From positions 6,720,001 through 6,784,000 of the forward strand of contig OZ250169.1 of NCBI GenBank assembly GCA_965237955.1: a stretch of 64,000 nt of DNA, written 5' to 3'. Shown one piece after another: positions 50,330-59,603 of this stretch. Made by a program: the position numbers and the translations under genes. This stretch comes from Candidatus Marinacidobacterales bacterium (GTDB lineage: Bacteria; Acidobacteriota; Vicinamibacteria; Marinacidobacterales; SMYC01). The notes under the pieces were generated by a model. The model did no database searches, had not been told where the DNA came from, and saw only the letters and a program-made list of their open reading frames with translations. Position 1 is the first letter of the stretch. Each line of letters starts with the position of its first letter.

Positions 50330-51532
50330 GTGCATCTCACACCCGACGAAAAGCCCATCTACTGGGCAAGCTTTCTGGTGCGCAGTAGTCTCGGACTCGC
50401 CGCGTGGTGGCTCTCCCAGTTCTTCGAACTCGGACTCATCGATGACGCGATGCTCTATGAGCGCGTCGGAGCGACAATCTCGTCCGAATGGTACGAGCAC
50501 GGGACGTCGCAGACGTTGGCGGCTCTTATGGCTGAAGGACGGAACGCGTGGATCATGTTCTTCGTCATGGGCGCGCTCTCGTACTTGTTGGGAGGAGTTC
50601 GTGCGCTGCCCCTGCTCGTTTTGCTGTTTAACCTCGGGACCGCGTGGGTGCCGGTGATCACCTACCGCATCGGTCGCGCGCTCGGAATCTCTAGGGAATC
50701 GGCAAGACGGGCCACTTATCTGGTGATATTTTCCCCAGTTTTCGCTTTCTGGGGAGGAGCGCTCTACAAAGAGGGTCTGGTTCAGCTCGCCTTGGCACTC
50801 GTCGTCTTTCACGTGCTGACCTTGCAGAGGTCGTTTCGGGTTCGCTCGCTCGTCGTATTGGTGATGTCGTTGTTCGCGTTGCTCGGCCTGAGGTTCTACA
50901 TGAGTGTTTTGATCGCCCCTGCGATCGGGCTCGCGCTGCTTTGGGGAGGCAACAAACGACGCGAGGACGGCCGGCCGCGAAGCGATATCGCCGTCCGCCT
51001 CTTGCGACAGTGCGCCACGGTGGTCGCCGTGGTCGTCATATTGACGATGACGGGTTTTCACCGACGAGTCGGCTCGCTGTTGCCGCAAGGCACATGGGAG
51101 ACCTTCGCGCAACTGCAATATTCCCGGGACGATCTCGCCAGTGCGTCCTCCGGTTATCTTTTGGGCGCGGACGTCTCGACGCCGGCGCGGGCCGCGCGAT
51201 TTCTGCCCCTCGGTATCGCCTACTTCCTCACCGTGCCGTTGCCATGGCAACTCGGGTCGTTGCGACAGAATCTCGTCATCCCCGAGATGATTTTTTGGTT
51301 GCTTCAATACCCTCTTTTCTTCGTGGGAATGAAGGCGGGCCTGCGCCGCAACTTCGAGGGAAGCGCGCTGTTGTTGACCATCACGCTCGGCATGCTGGTT
51401 TTCTACGGTCTGTTCGTTGGAAACGCAGGAACCGCCTACCGACTGCGAGCGCAAGTGTGGCTTTTGTGGACCGTGTTCCTGGGCTGGTACCGCGACGCGA
51501 AAGCGGTGCAGCCGGTGCCCGCTCACCACTGA
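50330..51532 (+). CDS. polytopic membrane glycosyltransferase/polymerase-like protein (GT-C type)
   Basis: DDAMLYE loop, LYKE, PLPWQ and NAGTAYRLR motifs; polysaccharide gene context; start approximate. Confidence 0.7.
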   Translation: MHLTPDEKPIYWASFLVRSSLGLAAWWLSQFFELGLIDDAMLYERVGATISSEWYEHGTSQTLAALMAEGRNAWIMFFVMGALSYLLGGVRALPLLVLLFNLGTAWVPVITYRIGRALGISRESARRATYLVIFSPVFAFWGGALYKEGLVQLALALVVFHVLTLQRSFRVRSLVVLVMSLFALLGLRFYMSVLIAPAIGLALLWGGNKRREDGRPRSDIAVRLLRQCATVVAVVVILTMTGFHRRVGSLLPQGTWETFAQLQYSRDDLASASSGYLLGADVSTPARAARFLPLGIAYFLTVPLPWQLGSLRQNLVIPEMIFWLLQYPLFFVGMKAGLRRNFEGSALLLTITLGMLVFYGLFVGNAGTAYRLRAQVWLLWTVFLGWYRDAKAVQPVPAHH

Positions 51533-51548
51533 TCGGCGGAAGAGGTCT

Positions 51549-51653
51549 TCACACAAGTGACTCAACCTCAGGGTACGCATAGTGGCTGTACTCATAGGTA
51601 TAGGACGAGTGGTAGTACGATTGCGCGCAATCCGTGAGGTCGACGTCGTTTAG
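51549..51653 (-). pseudogene. C-terminal tyrosine cluster of a Wzc-type BY-kinase
   Basis: LNDVDL...SYYHSSYTYEYSHYAYPE; cut off by IS256. Confidence 0.7.
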
Positions 51654-53096
51654 GAGATGCCCCTGAGATAGTTGAAGGTTAGGAGTGGCGGCTCCTAAGG
51701 CCGGGTTCGATAGAATCCGGCTGTGAAGGAAAAAGAAAGGAGCCACCACGATGTCAAATTACCAAATCATCGATGCGAAGAACAGGAAGAAGCTTCGAGA
51801 GATACTGAGCTCGAAGGGGCAAGCTCTGTTGCCGTTCTTGGATGCGATTGAGCGAACCGAGATAGCGATCGACGAAGTGATCGACGTTGCTGGCCGAGCG
51901 ACGATCGAAGCGGTCTTGGATCTGTCAGCCCAAAGTGTGGCTGGGGAGAAACACCCGGGGAAGAAGGGTAGCGATGTTCGCTGGCACGGCCGGCAGGGTG
52001 GCGTAGTAAGCCTTGCGGAGCGGAAGTTGAGAGTGAGCCGGCCACGTCTGCGGCGTAAGGGAAAGGCAGAGGGAGGGGAGGTTGCGATTCCTGCCTACGA
52101 AGCGGTGAACAACTCGTCTCGGCTGAGCCAACGCATCTGGGAAATCCTGATGCTGGGTGTGTCGACGCGCAAGTACGCGTCGGTTCTTCCCGAGATGGCG
52201 GAGACGGTAGGGGTTAGCAAGAGCGAGGTGAGCCGTGAGTTCGTGGAAGCAAGCGCGGAGCAGTTGCAGGGGCTGATGGAGCGTCCGCTGGACGAGCTGG
52301 AGATCGCGGTCGTGTACCTGGACGGGATTCGCTTCGGCGAGCACCACGCGCTGGCGGCAATCGGCGTAGATACAGAGGGATACAAGCATGTTCTGGGGCT
52401 TCGGGATGGAGCATCGGAGAACCAGATAGTGTGCAAGGCGCTGCTGGAGGACCTGGTCGAACGAGGCCTGAGCCCAGAGCGGTGTCGGCTGTTCGTGATC
52501 GATGGCTCCAAGGCGCTACGGGTCGCCGTCGACGCTGTGTTCGGTACCCACAACAAGGTCCAGCGTTGCAGGAAGCACAAGGAGCGCAATGTGCTCGGTT
52601 ATCTGCCGCAGGAGCTGAAGCCGCAAGTGCAAGCGAGCCTGCGTTCGGCCTGGCAGCTCCCAGCAAAGAAGGGCAAAGCGCGGTTGGAGCAACAGGCGAA
52701 GTGGCTCGAGGACGGCTACCCCTCGGCGGCGGAGAGCATCCGGGAGGGGCTCGACGAGATGTTCACCATCAACGAGCTCGACCTCCCCGCATCTCTGAAA
52801 CGCTGCCTTGGATCGACGAACATCATCGAGTCGTGCTTCAGCGGTGCGCGAGGTCGTACCCGTCGCGTCACCCGCTGGCGCAATGGCAAGATGGTTCTGA
52901 GATGGGCCGCTTCGGCTCTGCTCGCCACGGAGAAAAATTTCCGTCGTATCATTGGATACCAATCGCTACCGATCCTCGAAGCGAAGTTAGCGGAGGTCAC
53001 TGAGAATCAAGCGCTCGACAAGCACGCCAAAGTCGGATAAACCATGTGTCAGGAGCCGCCACCACCTCGAACCTTCAACTATGGTGGGGGCACCTC
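51654..53096 (+). mobile_element. IS256-family insertion sequence without a target duplication
   Basis: IRs GAGRTGCCCC....ATAGTTGAAGGTT...GTGGCGGCTCCT at both ends; flanks are unrelated. Confidence 0.9.
51751..53040 (+). CDS. IS256 transposase, intact
   Basis: GVSTRKY, YLDG, VIDG, QRCRKHK.RN, STNIIES. Confidence 0.95.
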   Translation: MSNYQIIDAKNRKKLREILSSKGQALLPFLDAIERTEIAIDEVIDVAGRATIEAVLDLSAQSVAGEKHPGKKGSDVRWHGRQGGVVSLAERKLRVSRPRLRRKGKAEGGEVAIPAYEAVNNSSRLSQRIWEILMLGVSTRKYASVLPEMAETVGVSKSEVSREFVEASAEQLQGLMERPLDELEIAVVYLDGIRFGEHHALAAIGVDTEGYKHVLGLRDGASENQIVCKALLEDLVERGLSPERCRLFVIDGSKALRVAVDAVFGTHNKVQRCRKHKERNVLGYLPQELKPQVQASLRSAWQLPAKKGKARLEQQAKWLEDGYPSAAESIREGLDEMFTINELDLPASLKRCLGSTNIIESCFSGARGRTRRVTRWRNGKMVLRWAASALLATEKNFRRIIGYQSLPILEAKLAEVTENQALDKHAKVG

Positions 53097-53299
53097 CTTT
53101 GCCATGTGTAGAACAGGCTCGGCTGGATTTCTGCCTCGTTGCATACCTCCGAGACCGGCTTTTTCTCGGCAACGTGCTGGCGCAACAGCTCTGCCTTTTG
53201 CTCCGCAGTGTGACGACGACGACCTTTGCTCATGACAGCTCCTTTTTCCATGTGCGTATTTTAACTTCAGGACTGTCATGTTCCATCTGAACCGAAACA
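53097..53299 (-). mobile_element. IS3-family left-end remnant (IRL plus truncated orfA)
   Basis: TGTTTCGGTTCAGATGGAACATGACA end; hand translation from 53233 gives MSKGRRRHTAEQKAELLRQH...VSEVC...IQPSLFYTWQ. Confidence 0.8.
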
Positions 53300-53647
53300 A
53301 ATCCAGCCACGGTCCAGGTCCACCTCTTCTGTCCAGACCCGGTCGAAACCGAGCTCCCTGAACTTGGCCTGCGACCAGGCAATAACCCGCTGGTCTCCCT
53401 CTGTTCCCATGCGACGCGGCCCGACCTCCGTGGTCAGCGACTCGACGATGTCGACGGAAAGATTGTCAATAAGCGCGCGTTCGCGAAGCAGCACCGCGGT
53501 GTTCGCGAGCTTGGCCGGAATAATTGAATGATCTACCTTGAGATCGCCGACCGATTCTTGCCCAAGTGCCGTTGCCGCAAGAAGCAAACTACCTACTGCC
53601 AGTAGCGTCGTTGTTTTTGTTCGACTTGCTGTTTTCGTATTATGCAT
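53300..53647 (-). pseudogene. N-terminal fragment of a secreted M28/carboxypeptidase Q-like peptidase
   Basis: Signal peptide, IVESLTTEVGPRRMGT.GD...W....F..LGFD.VW.E; truncated at the IS3 end. Confidence 0.75.
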
Positions 53648-53732
53648 AGCCTTCCGATCCGTGATTGCCAGTGTGTAAGATGATGCGTCGCATGCGGCGA
53701 TACTACCGCACCACAAAGAGTCTGACCGGAAA

Positions 53733-55117
53733 CTACTTTGCAGCAGCCTCGGGAGTGAGTGTAAAGCCGAGCTTTTCGGCTGCCTTTCGCAAGCCGTTGA
53801 TGTGGTTTCGGCGAAAGCGCTCCTCGAAGGCAGATGCACCGATGTCTGTGTATTCGTGACCATATTTGAGCATGCGGAAGACGAGCTGAGCGAGCTTTCT
53901 TGCGGTGGCAAAGATCGCGGTTTTAGCGTCTTTACGTCGGGCGATGCGGCGATAGTAAGCACCAAGTGCGGTCTTCGAACGGTTGAGTGACAATGCAGCC
54001 ATGCGTAAGGCACCGGCGATACGGTTGGAGCCGGTGCCATTGGGGCGTTTGTAGAGTAGCTTTCCACCCGAGATGGGGCGGCGCGGCGCAAGACGGAGCC
54101 ACGAGACAAAGTGATTTTCACTGGGGAAGGCAGAGAGGTCGAACCCGACCTCGGTGAGTAGGATCGCGGCGGTATCGGGGCTGATGCCGTCGATGCGGGT
54201 GAGATCGCATCCAGCAAAACGCCACAGTTCGGTTCGCTGTTCCTGCTCGCCGCGGCGCCGCATGGCGCTTTGCTTGTTCGGGTTCGGATGAGCGGGCACA
54301 CTGTCGTGTCTGCGCTCGGTCGGCTGAAGCTCGATGACCACTTCACGGATAGACGCTGGTCGTAGAGTTCGATTTCGGCTTGTAGCACATCGTAAAGGCG
54401 CAGCGCCGATGCGAGATTGAAAAGATGCTCGTCACGCCAAGTGCCGGTGAGGTGCTCTGCGATTTCGTCTACGCTTTTCTTGCATCGATGATCTCGAAAC
54501 TCGGCGAGCTTCATCGGGTCACGTTCGCCAGAAACGATGGCACGAACGATGAGCATTCCGGTCTTACCGGTAATGTCGGTCACCGCACGGTGGACTTGCA
54601 CGTTCATCTGGTCCAGAGCCTTCTGCATCCATTGGACGGCTTGGCCCCGATGCTCGATTAGTTCTTGACGCTGCCGGTGCATCGAGCGTAATCGGCAAAT
54701 CGACTCCCCCGGGCGAAACGAGCCACGCAGAAGTCCGCAGCTGTGTAACGTCTGCAGCCATTGACAATCTTGCATATCGGTTTTGCGACCCGGAACGTTC
54801 TTCAGCTGCCGAGCGTTGACAAGAACGACCTCGATACCACGGGATTCGAGCAACTCATAAACCGGAATCCAATAGACGTGGGTGCTTTCCATCGCCACCG
54901 ACTCCACACCTTGCTCGATAAGCCAATCCGCAAGCTCAACCAGCGCCGGCGTTGTCGTGGAAAACACCCGCACGTTCGGCCGACCATCAGCTAGCTGCGG
55001 ACCGCAGACCCAATGCTCTCGACTCCCGAGATCGATGCCCGCTACCATCGGTCGTATCGACGGCAGGGAATTCCGTGAGAGACGCTTCGCCGCTTTGCTC
55101 TTCCTTCGTTTGTTCAT
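53733..55117 (-). pseudogene. IS110 DEDD recombinase with a 1-nt frameshift near 54345
   Basis: GIDLG, AMEST..YW and RKTD..D in the N-part; SWLRLAP...ISGG and ATARKLA in ORF 53733-54341. Confidence 0.9.
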
Positions 55118-55420
55118 TCGCTCACCTCAAGTGTATTTTGTGAGCGAAGGCTCCGGCCCGAGATGGCGATCGAATGGATTCTGACCGTGGGGAGTGCTTT
55201 CGTGGAAGCCTCGCCAATGATAGGGAGCCGGCTCGGACCCAAGCTGACCCTGGGGCATCATGCACCAATGACAGTACGGGGCTCGCTGCCGGAGCCTTCA
55301 CCGACAACCTTTCTACCAGCTTTGGTAGTTTCCTACTTGATAGGCCCGGCCTCCGGCCGGGGGCGTAGCTGACCCGAAAGTAAAATCCACCCCGAATGAC
55401 CGGCAGGGTAATATTGACGT
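55118..55420 (-). ncRNA. candidate IS110 bridge RNA
   Basis: Non-coding, upstream of the transposase; perfect 12-bp stem (55146-55157 with 55288-55299) and smaller hairpins; the position is expected for IS110-group bridge RNAs. Confidence 0.55.
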
Positions 55421-55449
55421 CATGCAATTTGTAAGAATTGGAGGAAGCT

Positions 55450-56562
55450 TTGCGAATTCTGTACGGCGTCGGCGGCGAAGGGATGGGGCACGCGACGCGG
55501 AGTGCCGTCGTCCTGTCGCACCTGGTTGCGGCCGGGCACGAGATCCGAGTCGTCGTGTCTGGTCGAGCGCACGTCTTTCTCGAGGAAGGGTTTCGCAAAA
55601 AGAAATCGCTCACCGTCGAAGAGATTGACGGGCTCACGCTTCGCTACTTCGGCAACCGCCTCGACCGCGCCGGGAGCTTGTTCTGGAACCTTCGCTCCGC
55701 TCCCAAATCAGTCCGCAAGAACATCAAGGTCTACCGGAGAGTCGCGGAGGATGGATTCCGACCCGAGCTCGTCATGAGCGACTTCGAAGCCTTGGCGGCG
55801 CTGTACGCGCTCCGGCACGGCTTACCCGTCGTCAGTATCGACAACATGCAGATCATCAATCGCTGCAAGCATCCCAAGGCAGTCAAAAAAGGCAAGGGCT
55901 TCGATTTCCGACTCGTCCGCCTCGCGGTCAAGGCCAAGGTCCCGCACGCTTACCACTATCTGATCTCGAGTTTCTTCTACCCGCCCGTACAACGGAAGTT
56001 CACGACGCTCGTACCCCCCATCCTGCGCGACGAAGTCTTGACCGTAAAGCGGGAGCCGCAGGATCACGTTGTCGTGTATCAGAGGGCCGTAAGCCAGAAA
56101 GTACTCGTCGGGATACTGAAGAGACTTCCCTACCCGTTTCGCGTCTACGGCGCCGACGCGGACGGCAAGGAAAACAACGTCACTTTGCGAGCGTTTTCGG
56201 GCTCGGGTTTTCTCGAAGACCTTCGCACCGCCCGGGCCGTCGTCGCCGGCGGCGGTTTCTCGCTCATGAGCGAGGCGGTGAGTTTGCGCATTCCCATGCT
56301 CGCGGTCCCCATCGAGCACCAATACGAGCAGGAGCTCAACGCCCGTTATCTGCAACACCTCAACTACGGACGCTGGTCGCGAAAGCTGACCGCCGGGGCC
56401 ATCGACGATTTCATCAAGGAGACGGATGCGTGCGCTGAAGCGCTCGAAGACTACGAGCCCCAGGACAACAGCCGGTTGTTCGCATGCCTCGACGAGATCA
56501 TCGAGTGCGTCGTCAAAGGGCAAAAAAGACCGCAGAGGCTCGCGGCCGGGGCTTCGGCGTGA
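55450..56562 (+). CDS. MJ1255/VC2487-family glycosyltransferase (GT-B)
   Basis: ILYGV.GEGMGHATRS, SDFE, IDN, GGFSLMSEA, QYEQ.LNA.YL; GGAGG before TTG 55450. Confidence 0.9.
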   Translation: MRILYGVGGEGMGHATRSAVVLSHLVAAGHEIRVVVSGRAHVFLEEGFRKKKSLTVEEIDGLTLRYFGNRLDRAGSLFWNLRSAPKSVRKNIKVYRRVAEDGFRPELVMSDFEALAALYALRHGLPVVSIDNMQIINRCKHPKAVKKGKGFDFRLVRLAVKAKVPHAYHYLISSFFYPPVQRKFTTLVPPILRDEVLTVKREPQDHVVVYQRAVSQKVLVGILKRLPYPFRVYGADADGKENNVTLRAFSGSGFLEDLRTARAVVAGGGFSLMSEAVSLRIPMLAVPIEHQYEQELNARYLQHLNYGRWSRKLTAGAIDDFIKETDACAEALEDYEPQDNSRLFACLDEIIECVVKGQKRPQRLAAGASA

Positions 56563-56642
56563 ATCTTCTTTTTGTCTTGTTTATCCTCATCGCCGCGTTT
56601 GTCTTCGCGAAGCTCGAGATCAATCCGAACCGGTCTTTGTAG
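56559..56642 (+). pseudogene. truncated membrane protein start
   Basis: GTG overlapping the GT stop; MNLLFVLFILIAAFVFAKLEI then an early stop. Confidence 0.35.
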
Positions 56643-56761
56643 TCGTCTGCAACCAAGCTTCGGCGCGCGACTCACCCCGGAATCCGCATGTGGAGGAGTT
56701 AACAGCAGGCGCGTTCGTGGTTGGAAGTGATGCCAGACGAGATCGCGTGGCCCTAGAGCTC

Positions 56762-57619
56762 CTACGACGCCGCAGCGAGAGCATCGCGCTCCGACGCATC
56801 CTCGATCGCAATCTCGAGCTCGGCTAGCTGAAGCTCGCCGAGCCCTAACGTCTGAGCCTCCGGAAGCGCCGGAAGGACCACGGTGGGATCGGCGTGCATG
56901 CTGATGCCGAGCTTGTCACAGGCAGCGTCCGCGAGACGAACGATGACGAGCACGTGCTTTCCCGGATCGTACTCCCTCTGGTGATGCTCGAGCGCGACGT
57001 TACAGTAGGTTTCGGGGAGGTTCCACCCGGTGAGGAGATGATGCCCCTGTTCGGCGTGCATCGCCTCGAGGGTCTCCAACACCAGCGCGTCGGAGGCTCC
57101 GAGCTGGACCCGCCCGGACGCGTCCAATTCTTCCAGCACCTTCAGCAAGAACAGCTCGCCGATATCGTGCAACAGGCCCGCAAGATAGGCTTCGGACTCG
57201 AGGGCCTCGAAGCCGGCCTTCTGCGCGATCCACTCCGATGCTGATGCAGTACAAATCGCGTGCTTCCAGAGCGTTTTCATGTGCACCGCGACGACCGGGT
57301 GCTTGGAATGATAGTTTTGCTCTTGAGTGACGAGCAGCACTAAGAACGATACCTTCTTCGTCCCCAAGCGCGTAATGGCCTCCTTCACCGTCCGGACTTT
57401 TCTGAGGCCCGAGAAGAACGCGGAGTTGGCGACTCTGAGCAGCTGACTCGTTAGGGCTTGGTCTTCCTGAATGACGGCGGCGACGTCATCCGTATCGAAA
57501 CTCTCGCTAGCCAGCATCTCTCGGAGCTCCATGCACTTAGGATTGAGCACCGGAAGTTCGACGTCACCCTTGTTCAACTTGTCCTGGACGATCTCGAGCA
57601 ACGAATCCGTGTCTTTCAC
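56762..57619 (-). CDS. HDOD domain protein
   Basis: LPVL, DQALTSQLLRVANS, AITRLG, LWKH, GLLHDIG, W.LP and HH. Confidence 0.92.
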   Translation of the reverse strand: MKDTDSLLEIVQDKLNKGDVELPVLNPKCMELREMLASESFDTDDVAAVIQEDQALTSQLLRVANSAFFSGLRKVRTVKEAITRLGTKKVSFLVLLVTQEQNYHSKHPVVAVHMKTLWKHAICTASASEWIAQKAGFEALESEAYLAGLLHDIGELFLLKVLEELDASGRVQLGASDALVLETLEAMHAEQGHHLLTGWNLPETYCNVALEHHQREYDPGKHVLVIVRLADAACDKLGISMHADPTVVLPALPEAQTLGLGELQLAELEIAIEDASERDALAAAS

Positions 57620-57621
57620 AA

Positions 57622-59562
57622 TCAATCTCCCAACAATCGACGTATCTCGTGAAGCGGCCTGGCCTTCTGAATCCGCGGTAAGCGGTGCAGCACCTCCTGG
57701 ATCGAAGTGACTCCCTTTGCCGCCTTGAGGGCTCCATCCTCTAGAAGCGTTACCAGTCCTGACGTTTCCATGCTGATGCGTCGGATCTCGTGCGACGTCT
57801 TTCGCTCCAGGATTGCCTCCTTGACCGGTTCCTCGAGCACGAGCAGCTCGAAGACGCCGGCGCGACCACGATAGCCAGTAAAACGACAAGCCTTACAGCC
57901 GCGGCCGCGGCGGAACTCGGCCCCTTTTCCCTGGTCGACGTTCCAGCCGATTCGGTGGAGATCGCGTGGAGTCACTTGATACGGTTCTGCACAGTGCTCG
58001 CAGACTTTGCGGAGAAGCCGCTGCGCCACGACACAAACCACCGTCGAAGAGATGAGGAAAGCCTCGATGTTCATATTGAGGAGCCGCAGCAGTCCCCCGA
58101 TGCTGTCCTCGGTATGGAAGGTCGTCAAAACCTTGTGGCCGGTCAACGCAGCTTGGATGGCCGTGTCCGCGGAGAAACGGTCGCGTATCTCGCCGAGCAC
58201 GATAATGTCCGGATCCTGACGCACGATGTGGCGTAGCGTTTCCTCGAACGTGAGGTTGATCTTCGGGTTGATGGAGCACTGCGAGATCCCCTCGACCACA
58301 TACTCGACTGGATCCTCCGCGGTGATGATGCTAATGTCGATTTCGTTCAAGTGGTTGACAGCGCTGTAAAGCGTCGTCGTTTTTCCCGAGCCCGTGGGTC
58401 CAGTGACGATGAGAACACCGCTCGGTATATCTAACGCGTCATCCCGGAATCGCTCGAGCATTTTCGGCGCCATCCCGAGGTTGCCGAGATCGACGAGCGC
58501 GGCGCGCTTGTTCAAGACCCGAATGACGATCTTCTCGCCGAAGACGGTGGCGTAGATCGACACGCGCAGATCGACGGGAGGCCCGGTGCCCACATTCTCA
58601 TAAAGGATGCGCCCGTCCTGGTGCCTGCGCTTTTCCGCGATGTCGGCCCCGGAGAGAATCTTGATGCGCGCGGCGACGTAAGGCGCAAGACTGCTCGAGA
58701 AATCCTTGTAAACCATGAGCACGCCGTCCACGCAAAACCGTACACGCAAACGATCCTTCATCGGCTCGATGTGGATGTCACTCACACCATCATCGAGGGC
58801 AGAGCCGATAATGGCGTGGACGACGCCGACGGCGGTATCGTCGTCCACCCCGGCGCGTTCCCCGCGAAGCGCCCCGCCCTCGATGAGACTCAACGCCTCG
58901 AGGAGTGAACTCTTCGTCGTGACCGCGGGAACCAGATCGTCCCCGAACAGACTCCGGGCCGCCGCCCGGTCGGAAGCCTCCAGGGGATCGGCAAACGCAA
59001 CCACCACCTTGTCGTTCTCTCTCGAGATGGGCACGAAGTGGTGCTTCCGGTAAAAGTTGACCGAGGCCTCACTTACCAGGCTCCGGTCTAGCTCCTCGAC
59101 GCTCGCCTCGATGTGGCGATGACCCAGCTGAAAGGAAAGCACCTCCGCGAGACGGGTGTCCTCCACGAAGTGCTCGTCGATGAGGATTTCGCCCAGCTTG
59201 CGCCCATCGCCCCGCTCTCTCTGGATTCCGAGAGCAGCTTCGAGCTCCGAAGGGCGGAGATTGCCCAGCTCGACCAGGAGTGCTCCGACCCGGACGGGTC
59301 TCGAGCTTTCACGTAGCGCCTTCTGGAGGTCGTCTTTGGTGACAAAGCCGAGCTCTTCCAGCACTTGCAGGAGCGTTTTTTCGCTGACGAGCTTCTCGCG
59401 AACCCGGCGGGCATGTCGGAGCCGTTGCTCGGTGAGCACGCCGCCTTCGACCAGGATCGTCGCGATCTGCTCTCCGGGGTCTGGGTCGCGCGCGCGAGCC
59501 TCGGCGTTTGCCTCGGCAGCGGGCGTGTTGGACAGGGCAGTAGCCTCTTCGGCGGACGACAT
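57622..59562 (-). CDS. GspE/PilB-family ATPase with MshEN-like repeats
   Basis: RVGALLV/RKLGEILI motifs, SDIHIEP, GPTGSGKTTT, EDPVE, RQDPD, GEIRD, Zn site CEHC/CKAC. Confidence 0.93.
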   Translation of the reverse strand: MSSAEEATALSNTPAAEANAEARARDPDPGEQIATILVEGGVLTEQRLRHARRVREKLVSEKTLLQVLEELGFVTKDDLQKALRESSRPVRVGALLVELGNLRPSELEAALGIQRERGDGRKLGEILIDEHFVEDTRLAEVLSFQLGHRHIEASVEELDRSLVSEASVNFYRKHHFVPISRENDKVVVAFADPLEASDRAAARSLFGDDLVPAVTTKSSLLEALSLIEGGALRGERAGVDDDTAVGVVHAIIGSALDDGVSDIHIEPMKDRLRVRFCVDGVLMVYKDFSSSLAPYVAARIKILSGADIAEKRRHQDGRILYENVGTGPPVDLRVSIYATVFGEKIVIRVLNKRAALVDLGNLGMAPKMLERFRDDALDIPSGVLIVTGPTGSGKTTTLYSAVNHLNEIDISIITAEDPVEYVVEGISQCSINPKINLTFEETLRHIVRQDPDIIVLGEIRDRFSADTAIQAALTGHKVLTTFHTEDSIGGLLRLLNMNIEAFLISSTVVCVVAQRLLRKVCEHCAEPYQVTPRDLHRIGWNVDQGKGAEFRRGRGCKACRFTGYRGRAGVFELLVLEEPVKEAILERKTSHEIRRISMETSGLVTLLEDGALKAAKGVTSIQEVLHRLPRIQKARPLHEIRRLLGD

Positions 59563-59603
59563 AGTGCCTTCCGATAAGCCATCGGCCGGAAAGAGGGGAA
59601 ACT

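Larger units (their letters stand above)
53723..55424 (-). mobile_element. IS110-family element with a ~300-bp non-coding left end; boundaries inferred
   Basis: Transposase below; short right end; a CA dinucleotide (minus strand) at both proposed ends; no long TIR or TSD. Confidence 0.75.

Noticed and set aside
53276-55117. 613-aa IS110-peptidase fusion
   Set aside because: Artefact of the frameshift running through the IS end into the peptidase fragment.
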